DNA from: an uncultured Candidatus Rokubacteria bacterium
GTDB lineage: Bacteria > Methylomirabilota > Methylomirabilia > Rokubacteriales > CSP1-6
Length of the DNA stretch: 64,000 bases
Direction: 5' to 3'
NCBI GenBank assembly: GCA_963776725.1
Contig: CAVZOE010000018.1
Location: forward strand, 443,474 to 507,473
The notes below the pieces were generated by a model that made no database searches, had not been told where the DNA came from, and saw only the letters and a list, made by a program, of their open reading frames with translations. The position numbers and the translations under genes are program-made. Shown here in pieces: positions 11,021-22,261 of this stretch (positions are counted from its first letter, which is position 1; every line of letters begins with the position of its first letter).

Positions 11021-12013
11021 ATGCTTCGCTGGGGGCTCCTCGCACTCGCGGTACTGATGCTGGCCAGTCCGGCCCAGGCCAAGGACACCATCGTGGTGTA
11101 CACGGCGCTCGAGCCGGAGCAGATCACCGACTACATGAAGGCCGTCAACAAGACCCTGCCCAACATCGAGGTCAAGATGCTGCGGTTGTCGACCGGCGAC
11201 ATCTCGGCGCGGTTCATGGCCGAGAAGGACAACATGCAGGCCGACGTCATCTGGGGCGTGGCGGCTACCAACGTGATGGTGTTCAAGAACGCCGGGCTGC
11301 TGGAGCCGTACGCGCCCAAGGGGCTGGAGCGCGTGCAGCCGCTGTTCCGTGACAAGGACGCCACGCCGTCGTGGGTCGGCATCGACATCTACATGTCGGC
11401 GTTCTGCTTCAACACCGAGGTGGCCAAGAAGAAGAACCTGCCCAAGCCGGAATCGTGGGCCGACCTCACCAAGCCCGTCTACAAGGGCGAGATCGTGATG
11501 CCGAACCCGGCCAGCTCGGGGACGGGCTATCTCTCGGTCGCCTCGATCCTGCAGCGCATGAAGGAGCCCGAGGGCTGGAAGTATCTCGACGCGCTCGACA
11601 AGAACATGGCGGAGTACACGAAGTCCGGCTCCAAGCCCTGCAAGGACGCGGCGGCCGGCGAGCGGGCCATCGGCGTGTCGTTCGAGTACGTCGCGGCCAA
11701 GATGAAGAAGGACGGCGCGCCGGTCGAGATGGTCCTGCCCAAGGAGGGCTCGGGCTACGAGATCGAGGCCAACGGCCTCACCAAGCGGGGCAAGGGCAAC
11801 GCGGCCGCCAAGCAGTTCCTGGACTGGGCGATCACCGACGAGGCCATGGGGCTGTACTCGAAGTACTTCGCGGCGGTGGCGGTGCCCGGCTTCCCGGTGC
11901 CCGAGGGGCTACCCAAGGACGTGAGCAAGGTCGTGTATCCCAACGACTTCGACTGGTCGGCGAAGAACCGTGACCGGATCCTCGCCGAATGGGCCAAGCG
12001 ATACCAGAAGTGA
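11021..12013 (+). CDS. ABC transporter periplasmic binding protein, Fe3+/2-aminoethylphosphonate (PhnS-like) type
   Basis: ATG 11021 is preceded by GAAAGGAGAG. Signal peptide MLRWGLLALAVLMLASPAQA is present, and the body resembles PhnS/FbpA-type binding proteins (VYTALEPEQ, PNPASSGTGYL). The tracked ORF 10520.. is over-extended. Confidence 0.8.
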   Translation: MLRWGLLALAVLMLASPAQAKDTIVVYTALEPEQITDYMKAVNKTLPNIEVKMLRLSTGDISARFMAEKDNMQADVIWGVAATNVMVFKNAGLLEPYAPKGLERVQPLFRDKDATPSWVGIDIYMSAFCFNTEVAKKKNLPKPESWADLTKPVYKGEIVMPNPASSGTGYLSVASILQRMKEPEGWKYLDALDKNMAEYTKSGSKPCKDAAAGERAIGVSFEYVAAKMKKDGAPVEMVLPKEGSGYEIEANGLTKRGKGNAAAKQFLDWAITDEAMGLYSKYFAAVAVPGFPVPEGLPKDVSKVVYPNDFDWSAKNRDRILAEWAKRYQK

Positions 12014-13119
12014 CGGCGGAGACCGCCGGCGGCCGCCCGCCGGCGGTCGCGCTGGAGGGCGTCGCCAAGAAGTTCGGCGCGATGGTCGCCCTGCGCGACA
12101 TCTCGTTCACCGTGGCGGAGGGTGAGTTCGTCTGCTTCCTCGGCCCCAGCGGCTGCGGCAAGACGACGCTGCTGCGGATCGTGGCCGGACTGGAGCGCCA
12201 GAACGTGGGTGTTGTCCGGATGCGGGGGCGCGACGTCTCGGCGTTGCCGCCCAGCCGGCGGAACTACGGCATCGTCTTTCAGTCGTACGCGCTGTTCCCC
12301 AACCTCACGGTCGCCCGGAACGTCGCCTACGGCCTGCAGACCCGGCGGACCGCGCGGCCCCAGCTCGAGGCGCGCGTGGACGAGCTGCTCGAGCTCGTCG
12401 ATCTGCGCAGCCACAAGCTGCACTACCCGGCGCAGCTCTCGGGTGGGCAGCAGCAGCGCGTGGCGCTGGCCCGCGCCCTGGCGCCTTCACCATCCCTCTT
12501 GCTGCTGGATGAACCGCTCTCCGCCCTCGACGCGCGAGTGCGCCTGGCCCTCCGGCACGAGATGAAGGCGCTGCAGCGCCGGCTGGGCATCACCACGATC
12601 ATGGTCACGCACGACCAGGAAGAAGCGCTCACGATGGCCGATCGCATCGTGGTGATGAACCACGGCGCCGTGGAGCAGATCGGCACACCGGCCGAGATCT
12701 ACCGCGAGCCCGCCACGATGTTCGTGGCCCGCTTCGTGGGGCACATGAATCTGCTGGAGGCTCTCGCCGACGACCGGCCCGGCTGGGCGCGTGTGGGATC
12801 GCTCACGCTCCGCTATCGCGCGCCGGTGACGGCCCGGCCCGGCTCGCCGCTGACGCTCGGCATCCGCCCCGAGGCGGTCCGGGTCGATTCGGTCGTGCGC
12901 GGCGATACGGACAACCGCCTGGCGGCCCGGGTCACCAGCGTGCAGTTCCAGGGCGCGTCCACGCGGCTGGGTCTTCAAGTCATCGGCGAGTCCGCGGCGA
13001 GGCTGGAGTGCGACCTGGCTGCCACCGCGCTGGCCGAGCTCGACGTGAAGGAGGGTGCCGAGGTGCCGGTGGTCCTGCCGCCGGACGCGCTGCGCGTGTT
13101 CGGGACGCCGGCCGCCTGA
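11989..13119 (+). CDS. ABC transporter ATP-binding protein (PhnT/PotA-like)
   Basis: GPSGCGKTT Walker A, LSGGQQQRVALARAL, LLLDEP and VTHDQEEA motifs. The start is ATG 11989 or GTG 12010 (GTGA overlap with the upstream stop). Confidence 0.9.
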   Translation: MGQAIPEVTAETAGGRPPAVALEGVAKKFGAMVALRDISFTVAEGEFVCFLGPSGCGKTTLLRIVAGLERQNVGVVRMRGRDVSALPPSRRNYGIVFQSYALFPNLTVARNVAYGLQTRRTARPQLEARVDELLELVDLRSHKLHYPAQLSGGQQQRVALARALAPSPSLLLLDEPLSALDARVRLALRHEMKALQRRLGITTIMVTHDQEEALTMADRIVVMNHGAVEQIGTPAEIYREPATMFVARFVGHMNLLEALADDRPGWARVGSLTLRYRAPVTARPGSPLTLGIRPEAVRVDSVVRGDTDNRLAARVTSVQFQGASTRLGLQVIGESAARLECDLAATALAELDVKEGAEVPVVLPPDALRVFGTPAA

Positions 13120-13121
13120 CG

Positions 13122-14852
13122 ATGGCGATCGGCCGCACCGAGAGCGTCGCCGCCATACCCGACCGCCTGGTCCGCCAGCGGCTCGACGCCGAGCGTGTCG
13201 TGCGCTATCTCCTGCTGGCCCTCTTCGGCCTGTTCCTCTGGGTCTTCCTGGCCTGGCCGATGACGCAGATGTTCTGGCGGAGCCTGCAGGACAACAGCGG
13301 CCGGTTCGTCGGACTCGCCAACTACGTGCGGTACTTCGCCACCCCGGCGATCGGGGTGTCGATCACCAACAGCCTGTCGGTCTCGCTGATCGCCATGGTG
13401 CTCACCGTGGCCCTGGCCTTCGTCTACGCCTACGCGCTGACGCGCACGCGGATTCCGGGTCGCGGCGTCTTCCGTCTGGTGGCCATGCTGCCGATCTTCG
13501 CGCCCTCCCTGGTGTCGGCGATCGCCTTCGTCTACGCCTTCGGCAACAACGGGATGTTCACCCGCCAGACCGGCATCAACGTGGGCATCTACGGCGCCAA
13601 GGGCATCGTGCTGGCCGAGATCTTCTACTGCTTCCCCCACGCCATGCTGATCCTCATGGCCGCCTTCGCCGCCGCCGACGCGCGCCTCTACGATGCAGCC
13701 GCGGCGCTCGGCGCCTCCCGGCGAAAGACCTTCCTGACCGTCACGCTGCCGGGAGTGAAGTACGGGCTCATGAGCGCCTGCTTCGTCGTCTTCACGCTGG
13801 TGCTCACGGACTTCGGCGTGCCCAAGGTGGTCGGCGGCAAGTTCTCGGTGATGGCCACCGAGATCTACAACCAGGTGATCGGCCAGCAGAACTTCACGAT
13901 GGGCGCCACCGTGTCGGTGGTGCTGCTCATCCCGGCGTTGCTGGCCTGCGTGGTGGATCGGCTGGTGCAGCGGCGACAGTATGCGCTGGTCAGCTCCTCG
14001 GCCCGCCCGCTGGTGCCCGGGGGCACGACACTGGCCCGGAGCCTGCTCTTCGGCTACTGCGCGCTGATCGCGGTCTGCATCCTCGCCATCTACTTCGTCA
14101 TCTTCGCGTCGTCCGTCGTCACCCGGTGGCCGTACAACCTCACGCTCACGCTCAAGCACTATCGCTTCGACAGCCTCGGCGGCTACACCGCGCTGCTGAA
14201 CAGCGTGTGGGTGGCGGCGCTGACGGCGGTGATCGGCACGGTCATCACCTTCGCCGGCGCCTACCTGGTGGAGAAGTGCCGCACCGCGCTCAACGGCGTC
14301 CTGTACCTGTTCGCGCTGCTGCCGGTGGCGGTGCCGGGTATGGTGCTGGGCCTGGCCTACATCTTCGCGTTCAACGCCTCGGGCAGCATGCTCAACCGGA
14401 TCTACGGCACGCTGGCGATCCTGGTCGTCTCCAACCTGATCCACTACTTCACGGTCCCGTTCCTGACGGCGACCACCACGCTCAAGCAGATGGACGCCGA
14501 GTTCGAGAGCGTCTCGGCCTCCATGGGCGTGGCGTTCTACCGGACCTTCTGGCGCGTGACGGTCCCCATCGCGCTGCCGTCGATCGTCGGCGTCAGCATG
14601 TACTTCTTCCTCAACGCGATGGTGACGCTGTCGGCGGTCGTGTTCCTGGTCGCGCCGGGCACCGAGCTGGCCGCGGTGGCGGTGCTGCTGCTCGACGACG
14701 CCGGCGAGACGGCCCAGGCCACCGGCATGTCGGTGCTGATCATCGGCATCGGCTTGCTGGCGCGGCTCACGTACTGGGCGCTGCTCCGCGGCGTCACCCG
14801 GCGCACCCAGGCCTGGACGACCGCGACCCACGAGCCGGGCCGCCGGGCATGA
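13122..14852 (+). CDS. ABC transporter permease, two fused domains (PhnU/V-like)
   Basis: ATG 13122 lies 2 nt after the ATPase stop. About 577 aa, hydrophobic, with duplicated permease halves. Confidence 0.85.
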   Translation: MAIGRTESVAAIPDRLVRQRLDAERVVRYLLLALFGLFLWVFLAWPMTQMFWRSLQDNSGRFVGLANYVRYFATPAIGVSITNSLSVSLIAMVLTVALAFVYAYALTRTRIPGRGVFRLVAMLPIFAPSLVSAIAFVYAFGNNGMFTRQTGINVGIYGAKGIVLAEIFYCFPHAMLILMAAFAAADARLYDAAAALGASRRKTFLTVTLPGVKYGLMSACFVVFTLVLTDFGVPKVVGGKFSVMATEIYNQVIGQQNFTMGATVSVVLLIPALLACVVDRLVQRRQYALVSSSARPLVPGGTTLARSLLFGYCALIAVCILAIYFVIFASSVVTRWPYNLTLTLKHYRFDSLGGYTALLNSVWVAALTAVIGTVITFAGAYLVEKCRTALNGVLYLFALLPVAVPGMVLGLAYIFAFNASGSMLNRIYGTLAILVVSNLIHYFTVPFLTATTTLKQMDAEFESVSASMGVAFYRTFWRVTVPIALPSIVGVSMYFFLNAMVTLSAVVFLVAPGTELAAVAVLLLDDAGETAQATGMSVLIIGIGLLARLTYWALLRGVTRRTQAWTTATHEPGRRA

Positions 14853-17270
14853 CCGAGCACGCCCGCGTCGTCGTCATCGGCGGCGGCGTCATCGGCGCCA
14901 GCGTCGCCTACCACCTGACCCGGCTCGGCTGGCGCGACGTCCGGCTGCTCGAGCGACGCACGCTCACGTGCGGCACGACCTGGCACGCGGCCGGTCTCGT
15001 CGGGCGCCTGCGCGGCTCGCGCACCGCCAGCCGCCTGGTGAAGTACAGCGCGGAGCTCTACGCGCGCCTGCCGGCGGAGACCGGATTCGAGACCGGCTGG
15101 CGGCGCTGCGGCAGCCTGATCGTCGCCCGCACGCCCGAGCGCCTCACCCAGCTCCGCCGCAGCGTGGCGCTGTCGCGCGCGGTCGACATCGAGGCGCACA
15201 CGATCGGGGCGGGCGAGGTGACGCGGCACTGGCCGCTCTGCCGCACCGACGATCTGGCCGGCGCCATGCTGATCCCCGACGACGGACGCGTCATTCCCGC
15301 CGACGTCACCCAGGCGCTCGCGGCCGGCGCCCGCGCCGGTGGCGCCGTCATCCGGGAGGATGTCGCGGTGCGCGCGGTCGTCGTGCGCGACGGCGTGGTG
15401 ACGGGCGTGGAGACCGCCGAGGGCCCGATCGCGTGCGAGGCGGTCGTCAACTGCGCCGGCATGTGGGCGCGCGCGCTCGCCCAGGACAACGGCGTGGCCG
15501 TGCCCCTGTGGCCGGTCGAGCACTTCTACGCGGTGACCCGCCCGATGGCCGGCGTGACGCCGGAGCTGTCCGTGCTGCGCGACCTCGACGGCTGCGTCTA
15601 CATCCGCGAGGAGGTCGGCGGTCTCCTCTTCGGCGGCTTCGAGCCCCACGCCAATCCCTGGAAGTCGGACGCGATCCCCGAGGACTTCGCGTTCTCGCTC
15701 TCCAAGGAAGACGGAGACCAGTTCGAGGTGCTCATGCGCGGCGCGGTGGAGCGCATTCCGGCGCTCGACTCGGCCGAGATCCAGCTGCTGCTGAACGGCC
15801 CCGAGAGCTTCACGCCCGACGGCAACTTCATCCTGGGCGAGGCGCCGGGGCTGCGCGGCTACTTCGTGGCGGCCGGCTTCAACTCTGGCGGGATCGCGAG
15901 CGCCGGCGGGGCGGGCCGGGCGCTGGCCGAGTGGATCGTGAACGGCGCGCCGACCATGGACCTGACCGCCTACGATCCCCGGCGGATGTTGCCGCGCCAC
16001 GCCGAGGCCGACTTTCTCACCGCGCGGATGCGCGAGGTGCCGGGCAACCACTACGCGATGGCGTGGCCGAACAAGGAGCCGGAGACGGCCCGCGGGCTGC
16101 TGCGCTCGCCGGTGCACGGGCGGCTGGCCGCGCGCCGGGCGTGCTTCGGGACCAAGATGGGCTGGGAGCGCGCCAACTGGTTCGCGCCCGAGGGGATCGC
16201 GCCGCGGACGGTGTACGCCTTCGGGCGGCAGAACTGGTTCGCGCACAGCGCGCGCGAGCACCGCGCCGCGCGCGAGACGGCGGCGCTCTTCGACCAGACG
16301 TCCTTCGCCAAGCTCCTGGTCGAGGGCCCGGATGCCGGCGCGCTGCTCGACCGCCTCGCCGCCAACGACGTGGCCGTGCCGATCGGACGGACCGTGTACA
16401 CGCCCTTGCTCAACGAGCGCGGCGGCTACGAGAGCGACCTGACCATTTCGCATGTCGGCCCGGACGCCTGGTTCGTCGTCACGGGCAGTGCCCAGCGCGT
16501 CCGCGACGCGGACTGGATCCGCCGTCACGCGAGAGGCCTGCGGGTCACCGTCACCGATCAGACCGAAGCCTGGGCGACGCTCGGTCTCATGGGGCCGCGC
16601 GCCCGCGACATCCTCGCGCGCGCGACCGACGCGGATCTGGGCAATGCCGCGTTCCCGTACGGAAGCGTGCGCCAGATCACCGTGGCCGGCGCCGCCGTGC
16701 GCGCGATCCGCGTCAGCTACGCCGGCGAGCTGGGCTGGGAGCTGTACGTGCCGGCGGCGGACGCGACGGGAGTCTGGGACGCGCTGATGGCTGGCGACGA
16801 CGTGACGCCGGCCGGCTACTACGCGCTCGACTCGCTGCGGATCGAGAAGGGCTACCGGGCGTGGGGGCGCGAGCTCACGCCGGACGACACGCCGCTTCAG
16901 GCCGGCCTGGGCTTCACGGTCTGGCTCGACAAGCCGGGCTTCATCGGACGCGACGCGCTCCTCGCGCAGCGGGCCCAGGGCGTGAGCCGTCGGCTGCTGC
17001 TCTTCGCGCTGGACGATCCGGAGGCCGTCGCGTGGGGCGACGAGCCGATCTACCGGGACGGCCGAGGTCGTGGGCACGCTGACCTCCGCCGCCCATGGCC
17101 ACACGCTGGGTCGCGCGGTGGCGATGGGCTACGTCAGCTGCACGCCGGGCGAATCCGGTGAAGCGCTGGTGAGCGCACGCTACGAGATCGACGTGGCCGG
17201 CACGCGCCTGACCGCGGCGGCCTCGCTGCGCGCCTGGCACGATCCGGCCGGCGCGCGACTGCGCGCGTGA
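14849..17270 (+). CDS. FAD-dependent oxidoreductase fused to GcvT-like aminomethyltransferase domain (dimethylglycine/sarcosine dehydrogenase-like), frame interrupted near 17062
   Basis: ATGA overlap with the permease stop. [17 protein letters not shown] dinucleotide fold and a C-terminal GcvT-like region are present. After EPIYRDG the tail [24 protein letters not shown]... continues in the +1 frame (extra C in GGCCGAG). Confidence 0.85.
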
Positions 17271-17329
17271 AAGAATCGACCGGCGCCCGACTGCGCGCCG
17301 GAACGAATCGCAGACAACAGGAGCCGGGA

Positions 17330-18446
17330 ATGAGAATCGAGACGCTGGCGGTGCACGCAGGCATCCGGGTGGACCCGGCCACGGGCGCCGTCGTTCCGCC
17401 CCTGCACACCGCGACGACGTTCGAGCACGAGCCGGACAGCACCTATCCGCGGGGATACCTCTACAGCCGGACCGCCAACCCCAATCGCAACGCGCTGGAA
17501 GAGTGCCTGGCCGAGCTGGACAACGGTGCGGGCGCCGTCGCGTTCGCCTCCGCCTCGGCGGCGACGGCCGCCGTCTTCCAGGCCCTGGCTCCCGGCGATC
17601 ACGTGGTGGCGCCGCTCGACGCCTACTTCGGGACGGGCAAGCTGCTGCGCGACACGTTCATCCCCTGGGGCCTGGCCGTGGACTTCGTCGACATGACCGA
17701 TGCCGCCGCGATCAAGGCGGCGCTCCGGCCGCGGACGAAGATCGTGTGGGTGGAGACACCGTCCAATCCGCTGTGGCGGGTCACCGACGTGGCGGCGGTC
17801 GCGGCGCTGGCCCACGGCGCCGGCGCGGTCTGCGTGTGCGACAACACGTCGGCCCCGATCATCCAGCGGCCGCTGGCGCTGGGCGCTGACCTGGTCGTGT
17901 ACGCGACGACCAAGTATCTCGGCGGCCACGGCGACGTGCTGGGCGGCGCGGTGGTGGCGCGCACGCGCGATGCGCTCTTCGACCGCGTGCGCGCCATCCA
18001 GGGCTCGGGTGGCGCCGTGCCGTCGCCGTTCGACTGCTGGCTGGTGCGCCGCGGCATCCGCACGCTGCCGTGGCGCATGCGCGCGCACTCCGACAACGCC
18101 CTGAAGGTGGCGACGTTCCTGGCCACGCATCCCCGCGTCGAGGCCGTGCACTACCCCGGCCTCGCGAGCCATCCGCAGCACGACGTCGCCTGCCGCCAGA
18201 TGACCGGCTTCGGCGGCATGCTCTCGATGCAGGTGAGGGGTGGGCGCGTCGGCGGCCTTCGCGGTCGAGCGCCAGGTGCGGATCTTCACGTGCGCCACCA
18301 GCTTCGGCGGCACCGAGAGCCTGCTCGAGCACCGCGCCTCGGTGGAGGGCGCGGCCACCCGCTCGCCCGACAATCTCCTGCGGCTGTCGATCGGGCTCGA
18401 GCACGCCGACGATCTGATCGAGGATCTCGGCCAGGCGCTGGGATAG
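17330..18446 (+). CDS. Cys/Met-metabolism PLP-dependent enzyme (cystathionine gamma-synthase/lyase family), frame interrupted near 18242
   Basis: The ATG is preceded by [16 protein letters not shown] (PLP Lys) is present. After MLSMQVRGG the conserved tail ...[19 protein letters not shown]...[10 protein letters not shown] continues in the +1 frame. Confidence 0.85.
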
Positions 18447-18451
18447 CGGCG

Positions 18452-19739
18452 ATGGCCGAGCTCGTCATCGAGGGCGGAACGCCGCTGCGCGGGACGTTGA
18501 CCCCCAGCGGCAACAAGAACGCCGCGTTCCCGCTGATCGCCGCGGCGCTGCTGACGGACCAGCCGGTGACGCTGCGCAATCTCCCGGACATCTCCGACGT
18601 CCGGACGATGCTGGAGGCGATGGAAGGTCTCGGCGTCGAGGTCGGGCGCCACGATCGGCACACGGTCACGCTGCGCGCGGCCGCCCTGCGCTCGACGGCG
18701 CCCGATCCCGTCCTGCTGCGGCGCATCCGGGGTGCGCTGGTGCTGCTGGGCCCGCTGCTGGCGCGCGAGCGGCAGGTCCGGTTCGGGACGAGCGGCGGCG
18801 ATCAGATCGGGCGGCGCCGCATCGACAGCCACGTGCTCGGCCTGCAGGCCCTCGGCGCGGTCGTCGAGCAGACGCCGGACCTCGTGCTGCGGGCGGAGCG
18901 GCTGCGGGGCGCGGACATCCTGCTCGACGAGGCCAGCGTGACGGCCACCGAGAACGTCCTGGCGGCGGCGGTGCTGGCGGAAGGCACGACGATCATCCGC
19001 AACGCCGCGTCCGAGCCGCACGTCCAGGACCAGTGCCGGCTGCTCGTGCAGATGGGCGCGCGCATCGACGGCATCGGCTCCAACGTGCTCGTCGTGCACG
19101 GCGGGCGGCCGTCTGGGCGGCGCCGACTTCACGCTGGGCGCCGACTTCATGGAGGTGGGCAGCTTCATCGCGCTCGCCGCGGCGACCGGCGGCGAGATCG
19201 AGATCCGGGCCGCCGGCGTCGAGCACATGCGGATGTCGTTGCTGGTGTTCCGCCGGCTGGGCATCGAGGTCCGCGTCCGGGGCGACGACCTCGTGGTCCC
19301 GGGCGGCCAGACGCTGGCGATCGCGCCCGATTTCGGCAACGCCATCCCGCGCATCGACGACGGGCCGTGGCCCGCGTTCCCCGCCGACCTGATGAGCGTG
19401 GCGCTGGTGACCGCGACCCAGGCCGCCGGCACCGTGCTGTTCCACGAGAAGATGTACGAGAGCCGGCTCTTCTTCGTGGACCGGCTGATCGGGATGGGGG
19501 CGCGCGTGGTGCTGTGCGATCCGCATCGCGTGCTGGTGCACGGACCCGCGCGCCTGCGCGGCGAGCCGCAGGGCTTGCCGAGCCCCGACATCCGCGCCGG
19601 CATCGCGCTGGTCATCGCCGCGCTGTGCGCCGAGGGCACCACGGTCATCCGCAGTGTCGAGCAGATCGACCGCGGCTACGAGGACATCGACGCCAAGCTC
19701 CTGGCGCTCGGCGCTCGCGTCACGCGCATCCCGACCTAG
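18452..19739 (+). CDS. MurA-like enolpyruvyl transferase (UDP-GlcNAc 1-carboxyvinyltransferase family), frame interrupted near 19109
   Basis: [10 protein letters not shown] (Lys22 region) is present. The loop [16 protein letters not shown] has Asp where E. coli MurA has Cys115. The C-terminal half (FMEVGSF... FPADLM... [15 protein letters not shown]) is in the +1 frame. Confidence 0.85.
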
Positions 19740-19750
19740 GAGGACGAGCC

Positions 19751-20485
<735 letters not shown>

Positions 20486-20514
20486 TAGCGCCGAGGAGAC
20501 TCGCTGGGCGCGAG

Positions 20515-20778
20515 CTAGCGCGCGCCCCGGTGATCTTTCAGGAGCAGCAGCAGCCAGGCAAACGTCTTCTGACGCTCAGCCTGACTCGGCTCAGCCGCGG
20601 ACTGCTCAGGATCCGGCCACGGGGGGAATAGCGGAGCGGCGGCGGTGACGGAGGTCTCGCGGGCCGCAACCGATGCGGCGGAGGCGTTGAGCGCGATCGC
20701 GCGCTCTCCGGCGGCCAGTGCCGCCGCCGCGATGATGACCGTCAGAGCGATGATGGAAAGTCTGCCGACGGTACGCAT
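20515..20778 (-). CDS. hypothetical secreted protein
   Basis: 87 aa with an N-terminal signal-like segment MRTVGRLSIIALTVIIAAAALA. No recognisable family. Confidence 0.4.
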   Translation of the reverse strand: MRTVGRLSIIALTVIIAAAALAAGERAIALNASAASVAARETSVTAAAPLFPPWPDPEQSAAEPSQAERQKTFAWLLLLLKDHRGAR

Positions 20779-20968
20779 GTCCGAAACCTCGCGAGACTCC
20801 GCGGCAGAGGTGCTGCGGGGAAATTGGTAAGACCGTTCGGCGTCGGGCTCAGTGTCCTCCCGACTACCAAGCGCGTCAAGGTGTCCTACGGGTCTAGATG
20901 CGTAGGACCTTGGTCGCCCCCCACCGGCTGTGCATCGTCCGATCCGTTGCCGCTAGACGGCCCCCCGG

Positions 20969-21118
20969 CTAGATGGGTCGTCGGCCCTGGATGATCCGGA
21001 TCAGCACCACGACCACCGCGATGACCAGCAAGATGTGGATGAAGCCGCCGAGGGTGTACGAGCTGACCATCCCCAGCGCCCAGAGAATCAGTAGCACCAC
21101 GAACAGGGTCCAGAGCAT
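20969..21118 (-). CDS. small (49 aa) two-helix membrane protein, lmo0937-like
   Basis: Not in the ORF track (<60 aa). AGGAGG lies 7 nt upstream. MLWTLFVVLLILWALGMVSSYTLGGFIHILLVIAVVVVLIRIIQGRRPI resembles the widespread lmo0937-type small membrane protein family. Confidence 0.7.
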   Translation of the reverse strand: MLWTLFVVLLILWALGMVSSYTLGGFIHILLVIAVVVVLIRIIQGRRPI

Positions 21119-21221
21119 TGTGTGTCCTCCTGGTGGGTCTCGCCCAGCGGTCCCAGCCGTACACCACTGCGGTTTCCGTGCCAGGGCCGGATTCCGCGCC
21201 CGCCGCCAGTGGCGGCGGCTG

Positions 21222-21755
21222 TCAGCGGCCGGCGGTCACCGCGTACCGGAGGATGGCGACCTTCGAGAACGACTCCGTGATCTCGTCGGAGAGCACCATC
21301 CGGAGGGCCTCGGCGAACGGCACGATCCGACGCTCGAAGAACTCGTCGTCGTCGGCGGGCAGGGGGTCGGGGGTGAGATCCCGCGCGACATAACAATAGC
21401 CGGCCTCGTCCAGGTACGCGGGCGACGGGTCGAAGCGGGTGAGAAACTCCAGGCGACCGGCCCGGTGGCCGCCTTCCTCGCGCAGCTCGCGCTGCGCGGC
21501 GGCCACCGGATCTTCTCCGGGTAGCACGCCACCGCCCGGCAACTCCCATGACATGGCGCGCAGCAGGTGTCGATACTGGCGGACGAGCAGGACGCGCTCG
21601 TCGTCCACGAAGGCCAGCACGCCGACCGCCGCGCCCGCGATGAGGACCGGATAGACGCGCTCGGTCCCGTCGGGCAAGCGCCAGCTGTCCTCGCGCAGCG
21701 CGAGCTTGCCGCGCGTGTAGCGGACCGACGAGGACAGTGGCGTCCACGAAGCCAT
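21222..21755 (-). CDS. NUDIX hydrolase (ADP-ribose pyrophosphatase-like)
   Basis: Nudix box GGGVLPGEDPVAAAQRELREEGG. The start is taken at MASWTPL (21755); the tracked ORF is over-extended. Confidence 0.88.
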   Translation of the reverse strand: MASWTPLSSSVRYTRGKLALREDSWRLPDGTERVYPVLIAGAAVGVLAFVDDERVLLVRQYRHLLRAMSWELPGGGVLPGEDPVAAAQRELREEGGHRAGRLEFLTRFDPSPAYLDEAGYCYVARDLTPDPLPADDDEFFERRIVPFAEALRMVLSDEITESFSKVAILRYAVTAGR

Positions 21756-21774
21756 GCGGAGCGTATGGTATCGT

Positions 21775-22014
21775 ATGTTCCCGATGGCGAAGGAGCGTCC
21801 GGTCGACGCGCTCATGAAGAAGCTGGTGCAGGCGGTCGAGGCCTCGCTGGCCGCCACCGAGGCGGCGCGCGACGCGGTGCAGGAGATCCTCAAGCGGGGC
21901 GCCGACACGGGCATCTTCTTCGCCGGCTCCAAGAGCCGCGGATCGTTCTCCGCCGAGCTGACCCCACAAGACAAAGAGTTCCTCCGGGCGGTATCCATCA
22001 AGCCGGAGCGCTGA
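21775..22014 (+). CDS. hypothetical protein
   Basis: 79-86 aa ORF divergent from the NUDIX gene. Its codon bias matches neighbouring genes. I recognise no family. Confidence 0.4.
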   Translation: MFPMAKERPVDALMKKLVQAVEASLAATEAARDAVQEILKRGADTGIFFAGSKSRGSFSAELTPQDKEFLRAVSIKPER

Positions 22015-22018
22015 GCCC

Positions 22019-22251
22019 GTGCGGCTGGTGATGCTGGCCGCGTGGGTCCTGCTGCTGGCCGTCGCGCTGATTCCGCTGCTGCGGCGATACCGCCTGCTCG
22101 GCCCGCCGACGCGCGTCGGGCAGCGATGAGCTGGTGAAGGACCCCGTGTGTCAGACCTACGTCGTCCGCTCCCGTGCCGTCAGCCGCGAGACCGCCTCCG
22201 GCGCTTCGTCACTTCTGCAGCGCCGAGTGCGCAGGCCGCTTCCGCGGCTGA
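22019..22251 (+). CDS. small membrane-anchored YHS/TRASH-domain protein, reconstructed across two 1-nt frame breaks (~22127, ~22197)
   Basis: Three consecutive frames read MLAAWVLLLAVALIPLLRRYRLLGPPTRVGQ / ELVKDPVCQTYVVRSRAVSRETAS / ALRHFCSAECAGRFRG*. This is a TM helix plus the DPVC...FCSxxC metal-binding pattern. Confidence 0.55.
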
Positions 22252-22261
22252 TCCGGCTTCC

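Noticed and set aside
13055-17161. Very long ORFs such as 13055..17161 (+, 1368 aa), 17180..19648 (-, 822 aa), 33494..36022 (-, 842 aa), 39030..41960 (-, 976 aa), 44944..48030 (-, 1028 aa) and 12975..14831 (-, 618 aa).
   Set aside because: They are Arg/Ala/Gly/Pro/His-rich with no recognisable motifs. They lie out of frame or antisense to genes with clear homology. Stop codons are simply rare in off-frames of such GC-rich DNA. The first one is partly real only where it coincides with the DAO-GcvT gene from 14849.
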